64,000 nucleotides of DNA, taken from the NCBI GenBank assembly GCA_043228905.1, contig JBHGNT010000010.1:3906001-3970000 (forward strand), written 5' to 3'. The DNA is from Azolla caroliniana (taxonomy: Eukaryota > Plantae > Polypodiophyta). Below the pieces are notes generated by a model. It was not told the origin of the DNA. It saw nothing but the letters and a program-made list of their open reading frames with translations, and ran no database searches. Position numbers and translations under genes: made by a program. How positions within the stretch are numbered: position 1 is the stretch's first letter; each line of letters starts with the position of its first letter. Positions 34,541 through 46,498 of this stretch are shown here, one piece after another.

Positions 34541-35559
34541 AAATATATAGTAATATACTATATGTATATAGAGACTTAATGTTTTTTATTTAGTACACAT
34601 TATGGGAGTACCAAGTTGATTTACATGTGGGGAATGACACTTTTAAACGATTGTTATCTTCATTATTGCACAAATGATTGAGATTATTACTTGCATATTT
34701 ATGTCTCTCTAATGTTTGGTAATATTATACTATATGCATAGTGTGAAGTCAATTTTTGCTGTAAGAAAAGACCGTGGCAAATACATCGAATACTAAGCTC
34801 TATAAGCATAAAGCACAATGTGAAAGGCTCAAGGGTTAAGAGAAGAAGAAAATTGAAGGGATATGAAGTTAGAGATGTTTTTCAAAAGTAAAAAAAGCAA
34901 GAGAAAATATAGAAGGGAAAAAACGCATAATAAGGCAGAGAAAAAAGCTCATAACTTCTACACCTCTTATCCAAATTTCCAAAAAAAAAGATCCATAAGA
35001 AAGCTAACAAAGAGAGCTTTCTTTATGATAAATTTAGAAACATAAAATAGAAATAATGATATGAAAAATGCATCACATAAACTCGAGCATATGTAAAAGA
35101 AAAGAAAAGAAAAAAGCAAGAATAATGCAACTAGAAACCTATAAATATGAGGGTATTCTTAGCAATAGAGGGGGGGATAGATTATCTACAAGAAGAAGGG
35201 AGAAAGAATAAGAGGGTTATAAGAAGCTTACTAGAAGAAAGGGTGAAGAAGAAAAGACTTTTTTGTCTAATATTATATTTAAGTAGTTTTTTGGTTTTTG
35301 TTACTCTTAGAGTATAAGAGTATTGTATTCTTTTCTTATTAGTATATTGAAGCATTCTTTTTTCCTCCTCCTCTCTTCTCTATCATTTTTCTCTATCTCA
35401 TCATCACATAGATTGACATATTCGCATTTGTGGAGGTTACCAAACGAATGCATACGAATACACATAAGAATACATGAAAAAATATTCATAAAGAAAAACA
35501 AAAAAAGAAGAAGAGTTCATACTTTTTAGTTATTTAATATATCATATAACAAAGAGACT

Positions 35560-36200
35560 TTCACATTAAATAGGGGATATTTAACTTCACATTAAAAAGG
35601 AGACTTATACTAAATAATATTTTTATAATATAGATGAAAAACTTAAAAGCTATTTTATTTTTAATAAATAAAAAATAAAAAATAAAAGGTTCATTAGTTC
35701 CCCACTTTTTACTCTCCCACAAAAATTGATATTTTTATTTGTTATTAAAAAGGGACCTCACACTAATAATATTTTTAGAATAGATATAAAACTTAAATTA
35801 TTTTGTTTTATTTTTTAATAAAACTAAAAATAAATAAAAATATGTAAAATAAATATAAGGTACCCATAAATTTCATATTTTTATCTCACATTAAAAAGGG
35901 GAGCTCACACTAATAATATTTTTAGAATAGATATAAAACTTAAATGTATTTGTTTTATTTCTTAATAAATAAATAAATAGAATAAATAAAAGGTTCCCAT
36001 AAAATTTCGTATTTTTATCTCACATTAAAAAGGGGACCTCACACTAATAATATTCTTATAATAGATGAAAAACTTAAAAGTATTTGTTTTATTTTTAATA
36101 AAACAATAAAAATAAAAGGTTCATTAATTCCCTACTTTTTACTCGCTTGACATTAAAAAGGGGACCTCACACTAATAATATTTTTATATGTAGATGTACA
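35560..36200. repeat. AT-rich ~130-160-bp degenerate tandem array
   Basis: Recurrent core cacattaaaaaggggacctcacactaataatattttt, 5-6 copies. Confidence 0.85.
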
Positions 36201-37616
36201 AATATTTATTTTTTTAAATAATAAATAAACGAATAGTTCTGCAATATTCTTGGGGTCATTTCGTATTCTCAAATATTACAGATGTCGAATACTACGAATA
36301 TCACCCATGGGTCAATCTATCACTATATGTATAAAGTAAATTTAATTTTAATTATAGACTATAAGATTAATAAGGTATAAAATATAATTTATGGACATTA
36401 TACTAAATAGAGTATATAGTTATTAATATAATCAATAAAATATATTATATATATAATAATATATTTCTTTATTGTATTATTATAATATTAAATAATATAG
36501 ACATTAGATTGAGGGAGCTTATGTTTATAGAGGCGCTTATCATTTGTTTCAATCTCTTATATTAACCTAAGCACATAACTTGCAGAGCTCTGTGTGGATC
36601 TTAAGCCATGAGTGAAGACTCACCGTTTTCTATTGAAGAATATTGTTTGTCAACAGACTCATCGTTTTCTATCAATATTGTCTGTCGACATACTCACCAT
36701 TTTCTATTGACGAATATTGTCTGTCGACAGACTCACCGTTTTCTAGCAAAGAATGTTGTCTGTTGATAAACTCACCGTTTTCTATCAAGGAATATTGTCT
36801 GAGCTCATCTTCTCCTAAACCTCATGTGAATAAAGACTCATGTGAAGAGTTCTCTATTGAAGAATACAATATCAATAAAGATACAAACAATGAAGGTAAT
36901 GCCAATGAAACATCAAAGATCATGGTCGGGCATCCTAACAACAATGAAATTGACTGTAACGTGGTTACCCCAATTTCTAGTCAAGAAAAGAAATCGGGAA
37001 GCCCTGTGCATATTAGAAGAATCCCACGTAGAATTCGTTTGGCCAGATTTAACTTGGTGACATCAGATAAGCAACTTGGATTTGATGTCAACAAAACATG
37101 TTGTGCCCGTGGTTGTATGTCAATGATTGGAAAATCAAAGTTGCGAGATTTAAGGCGTTACTATTTTTTGATGATTGGTGATGAGCAAGACGCTTACCTC
37201 AGCTTACCTATGCAACTGTTCAAGTATTATGGTTTTCAAATGTTATTATTCCGTGTAAAGTACGCATGGTGTATTGCTCGATTTATGCAAACCTTAAAAG
37301 TTTGGCTAAAGGTGCGAAGACATCAATGGAAAAGGATATGAGTAAGAAGTTACTACATGAGCATCGTGAGGCACAATCGTTAGAACAAAAGAAGGCGATG
37401 CATCATAGAGAGAAGTGTTTGAAGAGGCCCGAACAATACATGTGCTTAATGATCGATGGCATGGACTAGAAGAAGATGTGATTGCCGCATATGCGGAGGC
37501 TCCCCAAAGACCTCAATGATGAGTGCCTTGTTCAAATGCACTTGGTGCGATTCTTGGCTTATAATAGGTCAGTTGGACCTCACGTCTTCATTGCACACCC
37601 CAATGTTCACAATGAC

Positions 37617-40600
37617 TGTTACGGGCTTGACCATATAATATCCCGTGGTGAGAATTTACCGTAGTATTCTATACACGTGGATAAGTGTGAGGGTTAAACG
37701 AGAGTGTAAAGAAGGGGAGGATTACTTTTAATCCTCGGGATTGAGACAACCCATTAGGTCAAGTGTGAACTTGCCTAGGGGCCTTGGGTATCGCTATAAA
37801 TAAGAGGCCTAGCTACCCTCATTTGATCATCTTTTGACTACATCGAGACTCTGCTCTTGTGGTGGGTCAACTGTTGTAGCGAGCGCGCCAGCACCAGGTA
37901 CGACTCGACGCCACGGCGGTGGTATGGGACGCCGATCAAGGCTCGAGTCCGTCTCGATCCCTTCGCTTGGGGGTGGTCGGGTGGATCAACACCCTTCTTT
38001 CTCTTTCTCCTTTCTATCTATCATTAGTTTATCCTTATCTTAAGCTTACTTTAGTACCTAGATCTCTAATATTTGGTATCAGAGCTATGTACTAATGTTT
38101 CTTTGTTTCTCTTTTGTCTTTTGATTGATGGTGATCGATCGATGTACGGTCGGCCTTGATCCAGACAACGATCAACAAAGAACTTCAGTAACTCTTTCCG
38201 TAATTTTTTTTTTCTATTCTCTCTTCTCCCATCTAATCATGTGTTTAGTTTATATGTCATTTTTTTTCATTAAGTCAATGATGTTGTAGTGGTCTTTAAT
38301 TGATTATCTAAAACGTTTACATATGTGCACGAGGTCAATACCTTGTTTGACATATAAATAATATGTGATGAGTGTCGTATGCGTACGAGGTTAATACCTC
38401 AATTACGTATTACGTTTATGAACATATGTTACGTTTGCGTATGAGTTTAATACCTTGATTTGTTGTAAATGATATGTGTTTGGTCTTGTATGCGTAAGAG
38501 GTCAATACCTCAATTTCGTATTACGATGATCTCTTATTTGTGGATGTTTCGTGTGCGTAGAGGTATATACCTCGATTATGTATCTCGATCACATCATTTG
38601 TGGCTATTTAATATAATGATATGTTTAATATAGGCATATGTGGTCACGTATATACGTATTTGATCATATATATGTGATAAGTAAACATATGTGTATATTA
38701 GTTATTACGTGATTATATCGAAAGTTGTACTTGTCGGGAAAAGGATGTTGGTGGCCGTCCTCACATTTTTGTGAGAATGGCGTTGTCACCATCCCTTTTT
38801 CAACAATTTTTTATTGTTGACAACCTCGTTGATGACCTCGATTTCGTTACGTAAAGAAACGCCTATAGCCATAATGATGTTGAGTACGTAGGGCTTGACC
38901 CACTTCAAGTGAGGTCGCTCCAATGACACACGTATCCAACATCCCTCCCTCGTTACATGGATACGATGCCACCATGAGCTCGTTCTTACGAGAGGCATTC
39001 GTAATGACGTGACCATGTGATGGGCCACGTGGGCCTAATACGAAACAAGGGCTCATTTGGCTTGACCATTAGGTTGCACTTTGGCGTATGCCATCGTAAT
39101 TACGAGACTTGAGGTTAGGTAACGTACCAACATAGTTTTGGTAAATGAGGGCGAAATAAGGACCCTTGACATATATGTTCTTTTAAACGAAACATATATG
39201 ATCAAATGCCTCGCATATCTCTTATACGCATCAAACATTAAGCATTCGAGAAGAGCAACTTACTTGGTTGGCTCAAGTATTTAATGTATTTGTTCTCTAG
39301 GTCTCGAGTTCAAATATGACCAAGACCATACAACATCCTTGATACACGTGACTATAACACATGTTTAGACTTAAGGTCTAAGTGCACTTCGGGGTCCTCG
39401 TAATAGGACTTAAAGAGCCGAAACCACATATGTGGGCAAAGAAACATAGTTTATTGTTAACATTTTTTTTCGTGCATAAACTACTCATGACGCGAACATA
39501 CATGGTTGAGCCTCGGGGAGCCATCATGAAAAAATCAATATAGAGATCAGGGAAAGACATTAAATTGTCACCCCCATGGTTTTTAAAACACCTTTGTGTT
39601 ACCATAGTAACCTGATCTTGAACCTCATCTCATACGTCTAGAGGGGTATTGACGTGAGATCATGATATCGATTAATGTTTGCCCATGATATGTTTACATC
39701 ACGACATGATGTTATGACTATCTCTCTGACCTTATCCTATTTCTTTTCCAGAAATAATCTTTAATGGTTCAAATTAACGACCCGATGTCATCCGCTCAAG
39801 CGGAAGGAACTCAAGGGAATCCTCCTGGACAAATGTCCATTGAGATGTATTTGGCACAAATAACCCAATACCTTAGTTTCACCGCTCAACAGATGACCGA
39901 ACTTCGGCAATCTCAGAGTGCTCTTGAGGCATGTGTCATTAGTCTACAACATGAGACTAATAGACCTGATGAGCGACAAGGTGAACCATCATTTGTCCTT
40001 AAGCCATTTACGGGAGACAAAAAGGAAAGAACCGAAGAAGCAATCTGCACATGGCTGGGACGATGGGAGTCTCATTTTGAGCTCTATCCCACGCCAAATA
40101 GTACAAAGATTGCATATGTCGTTCGAGAACTTGGGGGTAAGGCCGCCGCCTGGTGGTGTGGGCTCTGTACTATGGGAAAATTGCCCGATACCTGGACAGA
40201 TTTTGTCATGGTTTTTAAGGGCCAATTTCTGCAACCTCCCTCTCGAACCGAGGCAGCACAAGCTTTAATGAACCTCTCTAGCAGGAAATTTTCCTCGCTA
40301 GAAGACTATGTTCACCATGCTAGAACCCAAATCCAAAATTCGGGTCTAGAAGGGGACAATTGGTTGATAACTTGTTTTGTCAATGGCATCCCCAATTCGA
40401 ACTATCACTGGATAGTGCACGATAAGGATCCAAAATCCTTCGAAGAGGCCGTTAAAATAGTTCTTCGCTATCAACGCACTTCGAAGAAGGACCACAATAA
40501 ACCCAACGAAGCGCTAGGGACTAAGCAGTCGCAATTTGTTGGGAAATGCAAGACACCCAACGAATTCATGGATCGCGATTGTAAGCGACAACATCCTTTT

Positions 40601-43600
40601 TGCGTATTCTGCAAAAAGAAGGGTCATACAAAAGATCAATGTCGAAAGCTCCAACGGAAAGAGCATGACAACAAAGCTAAAGTTGCAGACCATAAAGGTC
40701 AGATTCCTAATGTCCTTCAGGTCTATACACATCATTTAAGTAATTGTCAATGTTCTTTCCCTCACTATGTATTGGGTCCCAATGATTTACTACGTGCAAA
40801 CGGGTATATCAATGGATCTCCCGTACAATTTTTATTTGATTCGGGAAGCTCACACAATTTTGTGAATGATCGTTTGGTTCAGATATGGGGAATCCAACCC
40901 ACCGTAGGTGATCACACCTACACGGTGCACTTGGCTGATGGAAGAGTACAATACATCAACAGGGCGATTCATTCATTAGGAATTTCTATTGATACTTATA
41001 TAGAGGAAGTAGACTTCCACGTAATGAATCTTTGTACCACCGATGTAATAATGGGTTATCCCTAGTTTTATAATAAAAACTCTTCTTTATCTATTGATTG
41101 GGTTCATCATTCAATTACATTTGTACTGAACGATTGTACTCATTTTATTCAATGTGTAAAAAAACAATCCCTCTCGATTGTTTCCTCGTGTCCATCAATA
41201 TCCGAGTTGTCTTGTTCTACTCTATTTTATTGTGTACTTGATCCGGACATTCACATTTATAATATCGATAATGTCTCAGTTCAATTAACATATTTTGAAC
41301 AACAACAACTTGATGAAATCTTAAATGATTTTCGTGATGTTTTTCCGAGTGAACTACCAGATGGCTTACCTCCTAAACGTAATATAGACCATCATATAGA
41401 TATTGTACCTGGTGTTGCACCAATAAGTATACCTCCTTATCGCTTAAGTCGATCCGAAGAGGATGAGGTATCTAAACAACTCAAGGACTATTTACGAATG
41501 GGTTATATACGTTATAGTAAATCTGCATGGGGTGCACCAGTTCTCTTGGTTAAAAAGAAAGTGGGCACATGGCGTATGTGTATTAATTACCGACGCTTGA
41601 ATAAAGTGACGATCAAGAATTCGTATCCATTGCCCCGGGCTGACGATCTAATTGACCGTCTCCAGGGAGCTCGGTATTTTATGAAACTTGATCTCCGTAC
41701 TGGCTACCATCAAATACGTATAAGTGAGGACGATGTTCCTAAAACGGCATTTCGTACGCGCTATGGCCATTATGAGTTTTTTGTTATGCCTTTTGGTTTG
41801 ACCAATGCTTCGGCTACTTTTCAACAAGAAATGAATGACATTTTCCGAGAACAACTTGGAAAATTTGTCGTTATTTTCTTGGATGATATTTTAGTTTATC
41901 GCCATACATTACAAGAACATGCTAAACATGTCCGCTTTGTTTTACAAACATTGCGTGACAAACAGTTTTATGCGAAGATCTCAAAATGTGAGTTCTTCAA
42001 GAAATCAATTACTTATCTAGGACATCTCATAACCGAACGAGGAGTTGAAATTGATCCTTCTCGCATTGAGAAAATCAAGCTTTGGCCCACTCTTCGGAAT
42101 ATTTGAGAAGTTCGATCATTCCTTGGTTTCGTCGGGTTTTTGCGAAAGTCTCTTTGTAATTACTCCCAATTGACGACGCCGTTTACTGATCTTTTAAAAG
42201 GTCAAACGCGTAAGTCTACAAAACCTATTGTGTGGAATGCTACACTAGACCTCACCTTTAAGGAACTCAAGGACCTGGTTTGCAAGGCTCCTTCACTTCT
42301 TTTACCTGATCCTTCAAAACCTTTTGAGGTTGAAACCGATGCAAGCGATTATGCTATAGGTGTTGTCTTGTATCAAGATGGTAAACCAATAGCATTCGAG
42401 AGTAACAAACTTGATTCTGCTCAATGTCGATATACCGTTCAAGAAAAGGAATTATTTGCAGTTATACATGCGCTCAAAACATGGCGCCATTATCTTTATG
42501 GAAATCGCTTTGTGGTAACTATGGACCACGAGTCCTTGAAATATTTTTGTGACCAACAAGACCTGAAAGGTCGTAAGGCACGATGGGCTGATCTCATCCA
42601 GGACTTTGATTTTTCCATACGATATCGTAAAGGTTTCATGAACACTATCGCTGATGCACTAAGTCGCATCCGTGAAGTTAACATGCTTAGCTTCACTGAA
42701 ATAACATCAGATCTTTATGATCACCTTCGAGGAAAGTATCCTGATGACAATTATTTTGCAAAATACTGGGCAAGAGTTGAGTCTGGAACAAATACCACCA
42801 CATCCTCGAAGGAATACTTCCACATTGCTAACGGTTTGCTCTACCGTAATGGGAAGGTTTGTGTTCCAGATTTACCCGAGGTCAAAAAGATGATTCTTTT
42901 TTAATGCCATGATGCACCCTCAGCAGGGCACCCTAGAATACATCGTACTCTCATTCTCATCTCCACTCAATTTTATTGGCCTAAGATGTGTCTTGACATA
43001 CATAGCTATGTGACTAAATGTCACCAGTGTCAGGTTAACAAAGCCGAGCGACTTAAAGCCGCAGGACTTTTACATCCCTTGGACATTCCCAATAATAAGT
43101 GGGAAAGTATACCCATGGATTTTATTATTAGCCTTCCTCGCACCCAAAAAGGTCATGATGCCATCTGGGTTGTCGTTGATCGACTAACTAAAATGGCCAG
43201 ATTTATTGCTACTAAAACCACGATAACAACTCCTGAATTGGCTTACCAATTCGTTGACGAATTATTTCGTTTTTATGGATTACCGATGGATATCGTGAGT
43301 GATCGAGATCCAAAGTTTACTAGTGACTTCTGGACGCAAGTCTTTAAGAAGTTAGAAACTACGTTGAGCATGAGCTCCACGGATCATACTCAATCCGATG
43401 GACAGACAAAACGAGTAAATCAAATTATTGAGGACATGCTTCGAGCATACGTTGGTGCAAAACCAACAAAATGGGAACGTTATTTCCCAATTTTGGAGTT
43501 TGCTTATAACAGCTCCAAGCATACGTCGACGGGATATAGTCCTTTTATGTTGATGTATGGTTTTCAGCCACGAGCCCCGATTGATGTTAATATAAATCAT

Positions 43601-44638
43601 GATGAGTTGCGAAGTACGCAAAACTTTCTTCGGGATATGCAAGATATGTTGCATATTGCAGGAGATAATATAAAAACTGCTCAAGATAGAGCGCGTTTTT
43701 ATGCCAACCATCATAGGCAACCTCGTGTATTCAACCCTGGACAAAAGGTATTTTTACGTGTACCTCACAATTCTAAGACATTGTCTACAAGTAAGTGCGC
43801 TAAGTTAGCCCCACGGTTTTGTGGACCTTTTACAGTCCTCAAACGCATTGGGTCATCAGCCTATCGTCTCGCTCTTCCCGATGGTGTCGGAATTCATCCA
43901 GTCTTTCATGTGAGTCGTCTAAAAGAACTTCTAGGTTCTGGCGACAATAAAGTTACAACTAAAACTCTGGTTACTTCTGAAGAATTATCTTCTAAACCAC
44001 ATGTACCAGAAAGAATTCTCGATGTTAAAACAAAAAAATTACGTACTAAAGAAATCCGAGAATTTAAAATAAAATGGATGGATAAATCAATAAAAGATGC
44101 CACATGGGAACGCGAAAATACTCTTAGAACTAACTTCCCTAACTTTCAATTGCAAGAGTGCAATGTTTTAAAGAGGGGGAGTATGTTACGGGCATGACCA
44201 TATAATATCCCGTGGTGAGAATTTACCGTAGTATTCTATACACGTGGATAAGTGTGAGGGTTAAATGAGAGTGTAAAGAAGGGGAGGATTACTTTTAATC
44301 CTCGGGATTGAGATAACCCATTAGGTCAAGTGTGAACTTGCCTAGGGGCCTTGGGTATCGCTATAAATAAGAGGCCTAGCTACCCTCATTTGATCATCTT
44401 TTGACTACATCGAGACTCTGCTCTTGTGGTGGGTCAACTCTTGTAGCGAGGGCGCCAGCACCAGGTACGACTCGACGCCACGGCGGTGGTATGGGACGCC
44501 GATCGAGGCTCGAGTCCGTCTCGATCCCTTCGCTCGGGGGTGGTCGGGTGGATCGGCACCCTTCTTTCTCTTTCTCCTTTCTATCTATCATTAGTTTATC
44601 CTTATCTTAAGCTTACTTTAGTACCTAGATCTCTAATA
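37617..44638 (+). mobile_element. Full-length Ty3/Gypsy chromovirus
   Basis: 455-bp LTRs 37617-38071 and 44184-44638 (about 9 differences), TSD ATGAC, PBS TGGTATCAGAGC (38074-38085), PPT AAGAGGGGGAG. Confidence 0.97.
39764..44197 (+). pseudogene. gag-pol of the chromovirus (gag, PR, RT, RH, IN, chromodomain) with nonsense mutations
   Basis: CVFCKKKGHTKDQC, LFDSGSSHNF, FLDDIL, ETDASDYAIG, SDRDPKF, GPF, chromodomain PERILD..FKIKW..DATWE. Stops near 41063, 42104, 42902 and 42934. Confidence 0.93.
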
Positions 44639-45277
44639 ATGACCCTAACCTAACAGTTACAATGATTCACCAAGTTTTGATGTCTTGGGGCCAACTGTTC
44701 CCCCCTGTTCTATACATTCAATTGGACAATACTACTAGAGAGAACAAAAATTCAATTGTGTTTGGCTATCTAAGTATGTTGGTCATCCAAGGATTGTTTA
44801 GAAAAGTGAAATTCAATTTTCTTTTGGTTGGCCACACACATGATCATATAGATCAAATGTTTAGCACATTCTCCAGAAAGTTGTCTCGGCATGATGCTTT
44901 CACATTACCTAAACTATTTGATGTCATTTGTGATGCATACACGCCACGACCAAAAGTGTTTCACTTGAAGGAGGCATATGAGTTTAAGAGATATATATCA
45001 GATGGGGGTGTTGGGAATGTTAAAGTGCTCACCCAGTTAAAGAATATAAGCTTCAATCACATTTTTATGATAAAGAAAAATGAAATAAGTGGTTCTACGC
45101 TTTTGTATGCCAAACAATATTCATCTTCTACAAAATGGGAACCTAAAGGCGCCAGTTCTTACTTTGTATGTCGAGTACAATAGTCCATGGTGCTAAACAA
45201 ATGCCAATTGAGAAGAAAGGAAAAAAACACTTATGGCTCCAAGCCTTAACAGAAAAAAGAAAGCATATTGAGGCCGT

Positions 45278-46162
45278 TGTCGTGGAGTTTCACATGCGTG
45301 TGTCGCTCGAACGGGACCACTGAGGCCTTGGACCGGGGAAACAAAAGTAGTGAGGAAGTGGGAGATTAAGACAAAGACATGGGAAATATAGATAAGTTTT
45401 GATATAAATTAGGGTTTTTGTTTTTATTTTTTTACAATTGTTAGGCTTGACACCACGATTTTAGTGGTTATTAAAATAATCGGTTATGAATCAACCAAAG
45501 GGGCTAAAATAAACCGGCAAAAACGAATCTAGTGGGTTCCGAGTCTGACTACTTCCGACGGCTATGTTGCCTTGATTCGGAGTAGTCCTCGTGCCAGTAC
45601 AACCTCCCTTCAGCAATCGGCCACCGAGTTGACCTCCACTGAGATGCCAAAGAAGCCATTGTAGAATGAATCCTAACCCTAAAATATCTTGAGTATGAAG
45701 TAGAATACTAGAAGCAAAATTCTCAAACCCTAAAATCCTAATTCCTCTAATATGTTGAGGAGAAAAGAAGAAGCTCTCAAACCCTAACCCTAGAAGGAAA
45801 AGAAGAAAGAAAAAGGGATAAGGAGAAAGGGAGGCTACAAAACCTTAACCCCCGAGAAGAAGACTAGAAGAAGATGATACCCTAGTGGTACACCCCTACG
45901 GCAAAATGAGCGACCCCATAATAGGCCCTATTCCTCCCCGCTTATAGAGGAAAGAGACGCCTATTTTAACGTTACATGCTTTTTTTTCTATTACCTTTAT
46001 CGCAAAAAACAAGGGGAACAAAATGTTCCTAGATTTTGGCTAAGGGAGACTCGAACTCTACACCTTTCAACATATAATTATTATTATTATTATTGTACAT
46101 GACTTCAAGCAATGCATGTGGAACCTCGCTTTTTCTCACAGTGGACACGCCACACCACGACA
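45278..46162 (-). mobile_element. Solo LTR B (right inversion breakpoint)
   Basis: TGTCGT..ACGACA ends. Inverted paralog of 21233-21910, followed by TCGA. Confidence 0.85.
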
Positions 46163-46498
46163 TCGACAATTGAAGACTAGGAGGAGCCAACTCTTCAGGC
46201 TGAGTGTCGATGGTTGAAGAGTCGACTACAAAAAAGTCTGTGAGAGTCGATTGGGTGAATTGACAGAAAGGAGATCCAGGTCAAACACACGACTGACTAG
46301 TCGGGCTGACTGGACGGTCGATGACCAGGCCGACTAGTCGGACTGATTGGACAATCGACACTAGAGTCGACTGATGGCTACTTATTATTCTAGATAATAC
46401 TAGTAATGATGGTAGTAGGGGCTACATTTGTAAATAGCCAATACTGTGTATTTAAGTATAAATACACCTAGGGCAAACAATGTATGTGGATGATACGT
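46163..46498 (+). repeat. Displaced continuation of the Copia 1 3' LTR
   Basis: Matches the reverse complement of 5' LTR ~26380-26692 (gacaat..aagactaggaggagccaac..gacagaaaggagatccaggtc..cctagggcaaacaatgtatgtggatga). Confidence 0.88.

Larger units (their letters stand above)
36608..45277 (+). pseudogene. Sola/DUF7869-type DDD transposase, interrupted by a chromovirus (coding 36608-37616 and 44644-45277)
   Basis: MCLMIDGMD(*)KK, HPNVHND/PNLTVTMIHQVL joined in frame across TSD ATGAC, LYIQLDNTTRENKN, FLLVGHTHDHIDQMFS. N-terminal 39-bp repeats. Stops and frameshifts present; TIRs not located. Confidence 0.8.

Noticed and set aside
34196-36200. CRISPR-like arrays
   Set aside because: The units are contiguous degenerate tandem repeats without unique equal-length spacers, the context is eukaryotic, and no cas genes are present.
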